NCBI GenBank assembly: GCA_965206595.1
Contig: OZ242214.1
Span: 384,001 to 448,000, forward strand
From: Candidatus Latescibacterota bacterium
GTDB lineage: Bacteria > Latescibacterota > UBA2968 > UBA8231
Direction: 5' to 3'
Length of the DNA: 64,000 nt
Notes under the pieces: model-generated
What the model was told of the DNA's origin: nothing
What the model saw: only the letters and a program-made list of their open reading frames with translations
Databases searched by the model: none
Position numbers and translations under genes: made by a program
Part shown: positions 51,033-60,438 of the stretch, piece by piece
How positions within the stretch are numbered: position 1 is the first letter of the stretch
Layout: the number at the start of each line of letters is the position of its first letter

Positions 51033-51353
51033 TCAGTCTGAAATCTCGAAAGAGGCCCACAGGTTCATCGTGCTTATACTGTTGGCCAGCTCAAGGGAGG
51101 CAATCTGGATATCGAAACCGCTGGTATTGCGTAGGGTGATCTCCCACGCTCCGGTAACATCGAACCCTTCGTCCGTTTCCCTGCTGGACAAGAAACGCCA
51201 GCGGGTATCTGCCTCGATGGGGGAGCCTTCCCAAGACAGACCGTCTTCTTCGTGGGGTGCAGTGTTCAGGCGGACATCGTTCGACGGTTCGACAACATCG
51301 GGCTTGGAATTGCAGGCCAACAGCCCAATTAGACACAGAATTCCGGTTCTCAT
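51033..51353 (-). CDS. Lipoprotein, possibly truncated
   Basis: MRTGILCLIGLLAC lipobox. Confidence 0.55.
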   Translation of the reverse strand: MRTGILCLIGLLACNSKPDVVEPSNDVRLNTAPHEEDGLSWEGSPIEADTRWRFLSSRETDEGFDVTGAWEITLRNTSGFDIQIASLELANSISTMNLWASFEISD

Positions 51354-51367
51354 AAGCCGCCGGTCCC

Positions 51368-51821
51368 TTACTTGAGTCGTTGGTAGCGACCTCTTCCTAC
51401 GCGCTTGAGTTCGCCCAAGCTATTTGTGAGATGTACAATTATAATGTTGCTCAGGGTTCTATCGGGTGTACTTCGCCCAGATATGGTAGGGGAGGACAAG
51501 GTATCTCCCTCGACTGTAACGAGCAGGGTATCGCCCTCGATGGAGTAGGCGACTTCTCCCTCGAATCCGGCAACGAAACTATCTACCAAAGCCGGGCTGC
51601 GAGGGATCCCGAGGTTCTGGTAGAGGCTCCAGTTCTCCATCCGGACCAGCCGTAACTGTGACAGCGACTACCCGGTAAATCTCGTAGCTGTCTGCATCGG
51701 GAACAAGGGTCCATTCAAGATACACAAACCCCTCATCCTGTCCCTCTATCCATACAGAATCAGGAGCAGGAACACTCCATGCCGATTGAGCCAGTAGGAG
51801 CAGAAAGGCAAGGCGGGTCAT
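51368..51821 (-). pseudogene. Frameshifted secreted FN3-like protein remnant
   Basis: Signal peptide, LEW..VPDADSYEIYR; continues in another frame to NSLGELK (degenerate SWGxxK tail). Confidence 0.4.
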
Positions 51822-51869
51822 TCTACCTCTTCCTTCATTCATTCCAGATTTCAGACAAAGGAGCCTCAA

Positions 51870-52118
51870 ATGCCTTCAGAACTGCATCAACCTTCCCCAG
51901 CACTCGCAGTGATTGTCGGGGATGCACCGCTGTCCTGGGTGAAGATAGTCGAACTGGTAGGTGAATATATCAAGGTGAACAACCTGGAGGCGGAGCCGCC
52001 ATACATCGCCGTAGACGCCGCTCTACGGTCCCTGGTGGATCGGGGGGACAAGGTGTCCATGAACGAGCTTACAAGGGCGCTGAAGCGCCACATAACCCCA
52101 ACAGGAAGGAGTGTTTAG
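51870..52118 (+). CDS. Stand-alone SWIB/MDM2 domain protein
   Basis: PSPALAVIVG..LS......EYIK.NNL...I..DAALRSL...KVSMNELTRALKRH matches the SWIB consensus; aaggag RBS. Confidence 0.75.
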   Translation: MPSELHQPSPALAVIVGDAPLSWVKIVELVGEYIKVNNLEAEPPYIAVDAALRSLVDRGDKVSMNELTRALKRHITPTGRSV

Positions 52119-52236
52119 GAACTGCATAATCCGCGATAGCCCGGAAGCGAGATCCCATTATCCATGGAAAGAGCCATCCGCGACGACAAACCCCCTCCTG
52201 GAGCAAGGGAAACTCGTTCCGGTCCAAAACGCATCG

Positions 52237-53260
52237 CTACTCTCCTTTGCGTTTGATTTCTCCCCAACTTCGAAGCCTAACATTTGTAGGCTTATTGGGA
52301 GAGATAAATCTAAGTGAATAACCTGGAATTCTTGGGCCAGTTCTATGCTGGTATACGATTGCATCTCCAGCAGGGCTCCACTCGGGGCGGGAATTCCATT
52401 GTCCATCAAAGGTTATCTGACGTACTGTCTTAAGCCCTTCCCCCTCGGCAATAAACAATTCCCTTGTGCCATCCGACAGCTCTAAGTCGAAAGCTAAGCT
52501 TTTGCCGTCTGGAGACCAGGCCAGCCCCGAAAGACTTAATAATCCGTCCGCAACACGAATACTTTCTCCATTTTCGTTTTTTGCATAGATCCATCCTGTA
52601 TACTCACCCACGAAGTTTCCATACCAAGAGCATGCATACCGACCGTCGAGGGTCCAATCTACTGGACTGGAGCATGATTTACCACTTCCGTGAATTCTAC
52701 TTTCTGATTCCGGATTCAAAATAAATGCAGAGGTCCTCTCGGACATTCGCGGAGTCCAACCCTGTACACTGTAAACCGTTATCCCTAATGGTCCCCAATT
52801 TCCTACGCCGTAATCGTGATAGCCAAGTACAATTTCCCGAACATCTTCTCCGTTAATATCCCTGATGAATATAGAGAAAATATCCCAAAGGGTCTCATAT
52901 TCCTCTACATATCTCTCAGATGATTTTGATAAAGCATACTGAGTCCCATCTGGTGACCAGCCTAATAATAGGCCACCATCTGTATCAGCAATCCTACGCA
53001 GGTTGGAGCCGTCTGGCTGAACGATAAACACCTCGCCGAGATGCTGGTAAATAATTCTGTCATCGACAGGAGACCAGTCCGGCCTTATTCCAGGTCCGAG
53101 TAATACAGACTGTTCCGTATAGGCGTTTACTACAAACATATTTCCTAACGGATAGTTTGGATACACAAACCGATCTCCCTCTGGAGACCAGGATAGCCAT
53201 GCATCTACGGGCGCGGAGAGGACTACTGCCAATCCTAAAACAAAGGAGAATAAAATGCCC
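52237..53260 (-). CDS. TolB-like PD40-repeat protein with SWGEIK tail (start uncertain)
   Basis: Repeated WSPDG/WSP motifs; C-terminal RSWGEIK. Confidence 0.7.
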
Positions 53261-53473
53261 GACGAAGTAAACCTACCGAGCTGGGTAATCCGCCGCTGGG
53301 TTGTAGTGAAAGACGGATCGGTTTCCCGCTTTGAGACCTTGCCGGAAGCAACAGCACACAAGGAGGAGCACGGCGGAACCGTTCGTGAGCTGGAGTTTCG
53401 ACTATGCAGCGTCAAAACAGTTCCTCAGAACTACAAGCCTAATCAAGGCTGGATTAGGTGCGACGGGAAGTAG
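53255..53473 (+). CDS. Hypothetical protein
   Basis: Strong RBS aaaggagaataaaATG; co-oriented with radC. Confidence 0.45.
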   Translation: MPDEVNLPSWVIRRWVVVKDGSVSRFETLPEATAHKEEHGGTVRELEFRLCSVKTVPQNYKPNQGWIRCDGK

Positions 53474-53581
53474 CCTCCGAAAGAAGAAGGGGGAGGGTAT
53501 CTGTTGGGAGGGGGATGATGTTTGTACAGCAGTTAAGTACATGTACTACTACTTACTAACCCATTAGAAGAAAGGACTATT

Positions 53582-54019
53582 ATGAAACTCGAAGTCGTAG
53601 AACGAACCGTGAAGCAGATATGGCAAGACGTGTGCAGCGAGGCCCTTGTCGGCCCCGGCGATGTTATCGCCTACCTGGACAGCCTGGATTTCAGGGATTC
53701 GGACAGAGAGGTTTTCATTGTCCTGCACCTCGACGCTCGCAACCGCGTTACGGCGCACGAGATAACGTCTATCGGCAGTCAGACGGCATCCCTCGTGCAT
53801 CCGAGGGAGGTATTCAAGTCGGCAGTCCTGAAGGGAGCTAACGGCATTATCCTTGCCCATAATCACCCCAGCGGCGACCCTGCGCCGTCGAAGGAAGATA
53901 TCGACCTTACCCACAGACTGCAGGAAGCGGGGGGACTGCTTGGTATCGAGGTAATGGATCATATCGTCGTTGCCCCTCCTGATGGAAGCGTGTCCATGAA
54001 GGAGCTCGGGATTGTCTGA
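53582..54019 (+). CDS. radC: RadC/JAB domain protein (short, mobile-element type)
   Basis: DREVF, VHPREVF, AHNHPSGD..PS..D, DHIVV. Confidence 0.92.
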   Translation: MKLEVVERTVKQIWQDVCSEALVGPGDVIAYLDSLDFRDSDREVFIVLHLDARNRVTAHEITSIGSQTASLVHPREVFKSAVLKGANGIILAHNHPSGDPAPSKEDIDLTHRLQEAGGLLGIEVMDHIVVAPPDGSVSMKELGIV

Positions 54020-54435
54020 TTTGATTTCACCACGAGGAAGGACCCTCCGTACCAAATATCCGCCGACGATAGTGCTCAATTGAGCATTAGTTTCTGATAG
54101 GTAGTATCCCCTCCTCCACAAGTCAACAACCTCTTGCCCTCCGTGGATCGGTGATCGGCTCCCGAGTATCAGCCAGGACACCGGAAGGGTCGTGGCCCGG
54201 TTCAGCCATGCAGTATCGCGTGACCCTTGCCGAAAAACCAGGTCGGAAGTGCCGGCTCACCCGTGCAGTGTCAATGTCCGCAACGGGAGGCATCCTGGTA
54301 AAAAAGGACCGCCGGGTTACCGAGCAGCGCCCCCTTGTCCGTGAACGGCGGAAATCGAGAATCGGGCAGGGGAAGGACGAAAGCAGCGCCTTCGCCCCGT
54401 GAAACACAGACCGTTTCGAGGCGGACTGAGGTGCA

Positions 54436-55570
54436 AGTCGGCAGATGCTGCCGCGACACTTCCCACAGATGGAACCTGATGCCTGCCCTGTTTCCGTCCC
54501 TGTCGACCGCGATGAGGGAAATCGGATGCACCTTCGGGTCGGAAAGATCCGTAAAGCCCCAGTCACTGCCCGAAGGGGACCACGCCGTCGAAACCGATTT
54601 CCACCTCGGCTTCCTCCTCACCCATCATTCCACGGCACAGTTTCAGTTCCCAGCCTCCTCTATCATAGGCGGGGTTGTGCGTCTCTCTCGTGGGAACCCT
54701 CAAGCGAACTAGATGGAGGCCATGCGCGTCGCTGAGTCTGAGCCGGATGGGGACACTCTCGGAGCCTTCGGGATACCCATGTGCGGAAAGGAGTTCGATG
54801 GCCGGTGCCTCTGCCCACTCGACCCCGACATCGGGATTGAAGTTGGGGTGAACGGCCAGAAATCCGGCGCTGCAAGCAGACAGGACCCTTCGTTCCTCCC
54901 GCCCGAATGACATGATGTAGGTATCGTCGCGGAAATCGTGTCCCATACCGAAGGTGTGTCCCAGTTCATGGGCCAGGGTTTGCCAGCTGAATTCCTCCGG
55001 CACCAAGAGGGCGCCGCTCTGTTTCGAGCTCCAGGTCGCCGATCCGGCCGCAGTCCTGTTGATCCGGTTGTTACTGTTATCGATGACGAAGACAGCGATA
55101 CTCTTCGACAGATCGAACAGCTGTTCAACCTCGCCGACCAGAGCCCACGTTCCGCCCAGATAGTGACTATCGGGGTGTTGCCCATCCACCCGGTGAACCA
55201 GCGGCTCCCCCTCGTCGTCGGTCTCGAAGCGGAAGGTCTTGTATCCATACCCGTGGGCCTCCATCTGCTCGCCGTAGAAGGTCTGAATGTTGCGGATTTC
55301 GTCCTTTATCCTCTGAACCACGTCCGCACGATACGGGCGGTCGTTGGGCAGGAAGTAGAAGAGGCGCACGGTGCGGGGTTCGCCGATGTCGAGATCGGCC
55401 AGCGGCTTGGCTGCGGGGCGGGGGTGATCGCGCCGCCATTGATCGAAATCGAACTGCAGGCAGAAATGCAGGCTGTCGGCAAGTGAAGGCGAAGCATGGA
55501 CCAACGCGGGCGGCAAAAGAACGAGAGCGAGCAGGGCGAAAAAGGCGGAGCGAAGAAATGGGGCTTTCAT
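54436..55570 (-). pseudogene. 5' part (signal peptide + zincin domain) of the split metallopeptidase-WD40 gene; frameshift near 54566
   Basis: FC...RPAAK...GEPRTVR, HELGHTFGMGH, LAVHP.FNPD, all homologous to the N-terminus of 20176..23277. Confidence 0.85.
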
Positions 55571-55765
55571 TGGGTCAGGTCCTGTATGCCAACGTTTGCA
55601 TTAGCCGGGACAGTACGGTCAACACGCATTTATTCCTATTCCATGCAGGTGACGTCGGGCAGCGAACCGCCCTTCTCTTGCAGGAGTTCCAGGGCGATCC
55701 CTACAGTAGTTCGTCTTGATTCGGCCAGGAGATGGCCCGTTCCCGCTTCAGCAGGATGAGCCGCA

Positions 55766-56086
55766 TTGCCTCCACGCAGCTACTACACCGGTCCCAGCCC
55801 GATCCACGGCAAGGGGGTATTCGCCGCCCGCAGGATCACCTGCGGCGAGCTGATCGGGGTGTATACCGGGACCCCCACCGACCGTGACGGAACCCACGTG
55901 CTCTGGGTCGAGGGGGAGGACGGCGTCATGGCGGGACGCCTGGGAAAGAACGGGCTGCGCTTCCTCAACCACTCCAGCCGCCCCAACGCCGAGTTCGACG
56001 GGGATCATCTTTATGCCCTGCGCCTCATCCGCAAGGACGAGGAGATCACCTTCCACTACGGTGAAGAGTGGGAAGGGGTGCCCTGA
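55766..56086 (+). CDS. SET domain protein
   Basis: SPIHGKGVFA, RFLNHS..PN, EEITFHY. Confidence 0.88.
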   Translation: MPPRSYYTGPSPIHGKGVFAARRITCGELIGVYTGTPTDRDGTHVLWVEGEDGVMAGRLGKNGLRFLNHSSRPNAEFDGDHLYALRLIRKDEEITFHYGEEWEGVP

Positions 56087-56168
56087 GGGGTGCCCTGACG
56101 GCAGTGCCAAGTTTCCATCGCTTCCCTCGCAATCCTCTGAACAAGCAGCATAACAAAAGGATTGATAC

Positions 56169-57158
56169 ATGAAGACCGCGGTGGATGCCGTGCGCCCCTT
56201 TCTCCCGTTGGCCGTTGCGCTTCTACTGTGCAGCGCCGCATCGAGTCCCGCTTCCGGGTTCGAGTTCGCCGCCATCGGCGACCTTCCGTACAGCGAGACT
56301 GACAGCCTGCGCTTCCCCTTGCTGCGCGAGCGTATCGATGCCGAGGACCTCGCCTTCGTCCTGCACGTGGGGGACATCAAGGGGGGTGGGAGCTCCTGCG
56401 CCGACGCGGTGCTGGAGTCGCGGCTGCGGATGTTCTCGCGCTTCCGCCATCCCTTCGTGCTGCTGCCGGGGGACAACGAGTGGACGGACTGCCACCGCGA
56501 GAAAGCCGGGGCCTGGAAGCCGCTGGAGCGGCTGGCCAGGCTGCGGGCCCTGTTCTTCACGCCGCCGGGGCGGGTGCTCGGAGGCGGCTCGCTAGCGCTG
56601 GTCTCCCAGGCCTCCGACCCTGCCTGGGCGGAGTTCCCCGAGCACGTCCGCTGGAGTCGCGATCGTGTGGTTTTCGTGGCACTGCACCTCGTCGGCAGCA
56701 AAAACGCTTTGGCGGGCTTCCCGGCGCGCACCCAGGAAGACGATGCCGAGGTGGCGCGGCGCACGGACGCGGCCATCGCCTGGATGCGCGAGGCCTTCCG
56801 CGTTGCCCGGGAGACCGATGCTCCCGCCCTGCTGATCGCCATGCACGGGAATCCGCGTTTCGAGACCGACCAGGCCGCGGATCCGCCGGGGCCGTACTCC
56901 GGGTTCCTGGGGGTGCTGTCCGGGGAGACCTCGGCGTACCGAAGGCCCGTCCTCCTCGTCCACGGGGACTTCCACTACTTCCGCGTCGACAAGCCGCTCA
57001 TCGGACCGGAGAGCGGACGCCGCCTCGACAACTTCACGCGTCTCGAGGTCTTCGGCTCTCCCCACATGCACTGGGTGCGGGTGCAGGTCGATCCCGGCGA
57101 TCCCCAGGTTTTCCGCTTCCGCCAGGAGATCATACCCGAGCACGCCCGGCTTGACTGA
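56169..57158 (+). CDS. Secreted metallophosphoesterase
   Basis: GDLPY, HVGD, PGDNEW, VHGD.H; signal peptide. Confidence 0.8.
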   Translation: MKTAVDAVRPFLPLAVALLLCSAASSPASGFEFAAIGDLPYSETDSLRFPLLRERIDAEDLAFVLHVGDIKGGGSSCADAVLESRLRMFSRFRHPFVLLPGDNEWTDCHREKAGAWKPLERLARLRALFFTPPGRVLGGGSLALVSQASDPAWAEFPEHVRWSRDRVVFVALHLVGSKNALAGFPARTQEDDAEVARRTDAAIAWMREAFRVARETDAPALLIAMHGNPRFETDQAADPPGPYSGFLGVLSGETSAYRRPVLLVHGDFHYFRVDKPLIGPESGRRLDNFTRLEVFGSPHMHWVRVQVDPGDPQVFRFRQEIIPEHARLD

Positions 57159-57448
57159 GCCCCGGGGTTGAGAGTTATGGCAGATCCAAAGGCCGATTCG
57201 GAAACAGCGGCCGGCAGCTGCGCCGCGCAGGTTTCCGGCCGAGACCTGCAATTGCGGCCTGCGGCCCGGTTTGAAATGGGGACGGGCTGTCGTGTCCGCG
57301 CCCCTTCGGTCAGAAGGCCCGGGTCTATTGCCCGCAGCCAGGTCCGGAACAACGGCCGGGTGCCGGGCCTTGGCAGCTTCGGCAGGCTGCAACCGGGTCC
57401 CGCGGACTTCCTGAACGGTTCGGTGAGACGCCAGGAAAGGGGCGGAGC

Positions 57449-58147
57449 ATGAAGGCGAAGGCGGTCCTGTTCGATCTCGACGACACCCTGTACGAGTACG
57501 CGCCCTGCAACAGGGTTGGGCTCGCCGCGGCGCGTGAAGTGCTCGGGGGCGCCTTCGAGATCCCGGCACAGGAGTTCCAGGGGCTTCACGACGAGGTCCG
57601 CGGACAGCTGGCTTCCGAGCTGCGTGGACAGGCCGCCTCCCACAACCGGGCGCTCTTCTTCAAGCGCATGGTCGAGGAGATCGCCGGTGGACGGCATCCG
57701 GCTTTGTCTGACCTGGTGCGGCGGATGTACGACCGCTACTGGGAGGCGTTCTACGAGCGCATGCAGCCGCAGGCGGACGCCCCGGAGGTCCTGGCTGCCC
57801 TGAAGGCCTCCCGCCCGCTGGTCCTGGTTTCCAACCACACCGCGCTGCCGCAACTGGGAAAGATCTCAGCCCTGGGTTTCGACGGCCTGTTCGACGCGGT
57901 CGTCACCAGCGAGGAGGCGGGGGCCGAGAAGCCGGCGGCGCGCATCTTCGAGATCGCCCTCGAGCGAGCGGGAGCCCGGCCGGAGGAGGCGGTGATGATC
58001 GGCGACGATCCCGAAACCGACATCGCAGGGGCCGCGGCGCTCGGGATGCGCAGCATCCAGACGCTGGAGTTCACTTCGAAGGGGGCGTCCCCGCAGGCGG
58101 ACCGGGTGGTCCGGGCCCTTGGGGAGGTGCTGCAGATTTTGAAGTGA
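57449..58147 (+). CDS. HAD family hydrolase
   Basis: FDLDDTL, EKP, IGDD..TD. Confidence 0.9.
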   Translation: MKAKAVLFDLDDTLYEYAPCNRVGLAAAREVLGGAFEIPAQEFQGLHDEVRGQLASELRGQAASHNRALFFKRMVEEIAGGRHPALSDLVRRMYDRYWEAFYERMQPQADAPEVLAALKASRPLVLVSNHTALPQLGKISALGFDGLFDAVVTSEEAGAEKPAARIFEIALERAGARPEEAVMIGDDPETDIAGAAALGMRSIQTLEFTSKGASPQADRVVRALGEVLQILK

Positions 58148-58475
58148 GCCGGCCGACCGCCAGGCCGAGCCGGGGAGGGATTCCGAAGTGCCGGGGCTAG
58201 GGCCCGGCTGCGTTCGGTCGGCCCCCACCATCCTCTGGCGTGCCGCGCAGGTGGGGCGGGCCAGTGGGATGCGGAAGATCATGCGCCGTTCCCGACGCGA
58301 AAGGCCAAGGCCGCATGGGCCCAGCCGCCGATCCCGCGCCGATCCCGCGGCCGCACCATCCCTTCTCGGTCGCTTCCAGGCGGCCGGCGGCGTAAATGGA
58401 AGAGACCCTGGGTTGCCTATATTCAGGTCCTCGCGCATCGACAACCGGCCCCACCCTCCGGGAAGGATGTGAAGT

Positions 58476-60314
58476 GTGATGGAGATTCTGCCACTGCTCG
58501 CCGTCGCCCTCTTTCTCCTGCTCCTGCTCTACTTCGGCAGGGGCAGGGAACCGGGGGGGCTCGATGCCTACTACGACGTCTCCCACGGCGAGCGCCACCT
58601 GCACAAGTGGGGGTACACCGACACCCGCATCGAGTTCGACGGCCCCCGCAGCGTGCGCATGACCGGCGGCCGCTACATGCTGGCCGGGTACAGCATGCCG
58701 CACCTGGTCCCGTTCGCCGAGGATGTCCTCGGGGTGGCGTTCACGCCGGATGAAATGATTGAGGAAGTGCCGCGGCAGCCCCTTCCCGAACCCAGGACCA
58801 ACCAGGCCTTCCTCGCAGCCGTTTCCGAGCGGCTGCAAGCGGACCAGATCGACGCCGGCGAGGAGGCCCGCCTGACTCACAGCCACGGCCAGCTCAGTGT
58901 CGACGAGGTCTACCGGCTGCAGTACATCGGCGGCCTGAAGCGGACCGTCGACCTCGTGCTCCATCCGCAGAGCGAGGAGGAGGTCGCCGACATCCTGCGC
59001 CTGGCGCACGAGCACGGCGTCTGCCTCGTTCCCTACGGCGGCGGCACCAACGTCAGCGGCGCCCTCGCTCTTCCCACGGACGAGGAGCGCATGATCGTCT
59101 CCGTCGACATGCGGCGCATGAACCGCGTCCTCTGGGTCGACACCGAGAACCTGCAGGCCTGCGTCGAGTGCGGGATCTACGGAAAGGACCTCGAGCGCGA
59201 GCTCGGGGCGCGGGGGTTCACCTCCGGGCACGACCCGGACAGTCTCGAGCTGTCGACCCTCGGCGGCTGGATCTCGACCAACGCCAGCGGCATGAAGAAG
59301 AACAGGTACGGCAACATCGAGGAGATCGTCCTCGAGGCGACGCTGGTGACCCCGACCGGGGAGATCGAGACCCGGCACGCGACCCCGCGCAACTCGACCG
59401 GCATCCAGCCGCGCGTCTTCCTTTTCGGCAGCGAGGGAAACTTCGGCGTCATCACCAAGGCGGTCCTCAAGATCCACCCGCTGCCCGGGGTGCGCCGCTA
59501 CGGGCTGCTGGTGTTCCCGCGCTTCGAGAACGGCGTCTCCTTCCTGAAGGAGCTGCGCGGCACCGGGGTGCTGCCGGCGAGCATCCGCCTGGTCAGCAAC
59601 TTCGAGCTGCGCTTCAGCCAGGCGCTCAAGCCGGCGCCCGGCTTCGGGAAGGGGATCGCCGACCGGCTGCAGAAGTTCGTCCTACTCAGGGTCAAGAAGT
59701 TCGACCCGCGAGCGATGGCGGCCTGCACGGTCGTGATGGAGGGGAACCGGACCGAGGTCGCCCACCAGAGGAGGGTGATCTACGCCACCGCGGCCCGCTT
59801 CGGCGCCCTGGACGGAGGGGAGAGGAACGGCCAGCGCGGCTACATGCTGACCTTCGGCATCGCCTACCTGCGCGACTTCTTCAACCAGTTCAACATCGTC
59901 GCCGAGACCTTCGAGACCTCGGTGCCCTGGAGCAGGATCCACGACGTGATCGCCGCGGTCGAGACCGAGCTGTCGGGTCAGTGCGCCGCCCGCGGCGTCG
60001 CCGGGACCCCCTACCTCGCCTACCGCGTCACCCAGACCTACCACACCGGGGTCTGCATCTACTTCACGATGGGGTTTTCAGGGAAGGGCCTCGAGGCCCC
60101 GGACGAGGTGTTTCACCAGATCGAGAGCCGCCTGCGCCAGGCGATTCTCGACAACGGCGGATCGCTCTCCCACCACCACGGCATCGGCAAGATCCGCCAG
60201 GGATTCGTCGCCCGCATCCAGAGCCCCAACAGCATCGAGGTGCTGCGCAGGACCAAGCAGGCGATCGATCCGGACAACGTCTTCGGGATCCGCAACAACG
60301 TCTTCAACGGGTGA
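58476..60314 (+). CDS. Alkyl-DHAP synthase-like FAD-binding protein
   Basis: PYGGGT, GHDPDS, STLGGWIST.ASGMKKNRYGNIE, GSEG, RVTQTY, GGSLSHHHGIG. Confidence 0.85.
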   Translation: MMEILPLLAVALFLLLLLYFGRGREPGGLDAYYDVSHGERHLHKWGYTDTRIEFDGPRSVRMTGGRYMLAGYSMPHLVPFAEDVLGVAFTPDEMIEEVPRQPLPEPRTNQAFLAAVSERLQADQIDAGEEARLTHSHGQLSVDEVYRLQYIGGLKRTVDLVLHPQSEEEVADILRLAHEHGVCLVPYGGGTNVSGALALPTDEERMIVSVDMRRMNRVLWVDTENLQACVECGIYGKDLERELGARGFTSGHDPDSLELSTLGGWISTNASGMKKNRYGNIEEIVLEATLVTPTGEIETRHATPRNSTGIQPRVFLFGSEGNFGVITKAVLKIHPLPGVRRYGLLVFPRFENGVSFLKELRGTGVLPASIRLVSNFELRFSQALKPAPGFGKGIADRLQKFVLLRVKKFDPRAMAACTVVMEGNRTEVAHQRRVIYATAARFGALDGGERNGQRGYMLTFGIAYLRDFFNQFNIVAETFETSVPWSRIHDVIAAVETELSGQCAARGVAGTPYLAYRVTQTYHTGVCIYFTMGFSGKGLEAPDEVFHQIESRLRQAILDNGGSLSHHHGIGKIRQGFVARIQSPNSIEVLRRTKQAIDPDNVFGIRNNVFNG

Positions 60315-60438
60315 CCGCGGCTGCGGCGATTCCGGTAGCCAGGTGCGGCAGCCGGCCACCCGCGGCCGTGCGTGGTCGGGCAGAGGTAATCTTTCCTCGC
60401 ACGCCCGGAGGCCCGCACCGGTTCCTGCCGCCGGTCCG

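Larger units (their letters stand above)
39201..54435. mobile_element. Lower-GC genomic island interrupting a metallopeptidase-WD40 gene (right boundary approximate)
   Basis: Flanked by the 3' and 5' halves of one gene family member; contains an IS1595 transposase, RadC and HEPN cargo; visible composition shift. Confidence 0.7.

Noticed and set aside
54120-54435. Possible riboswitch or IS end at the island's right edge
   Set aside because: Some hairpins are present, but no recognisable riboswitch consensus, transposase or matching IR
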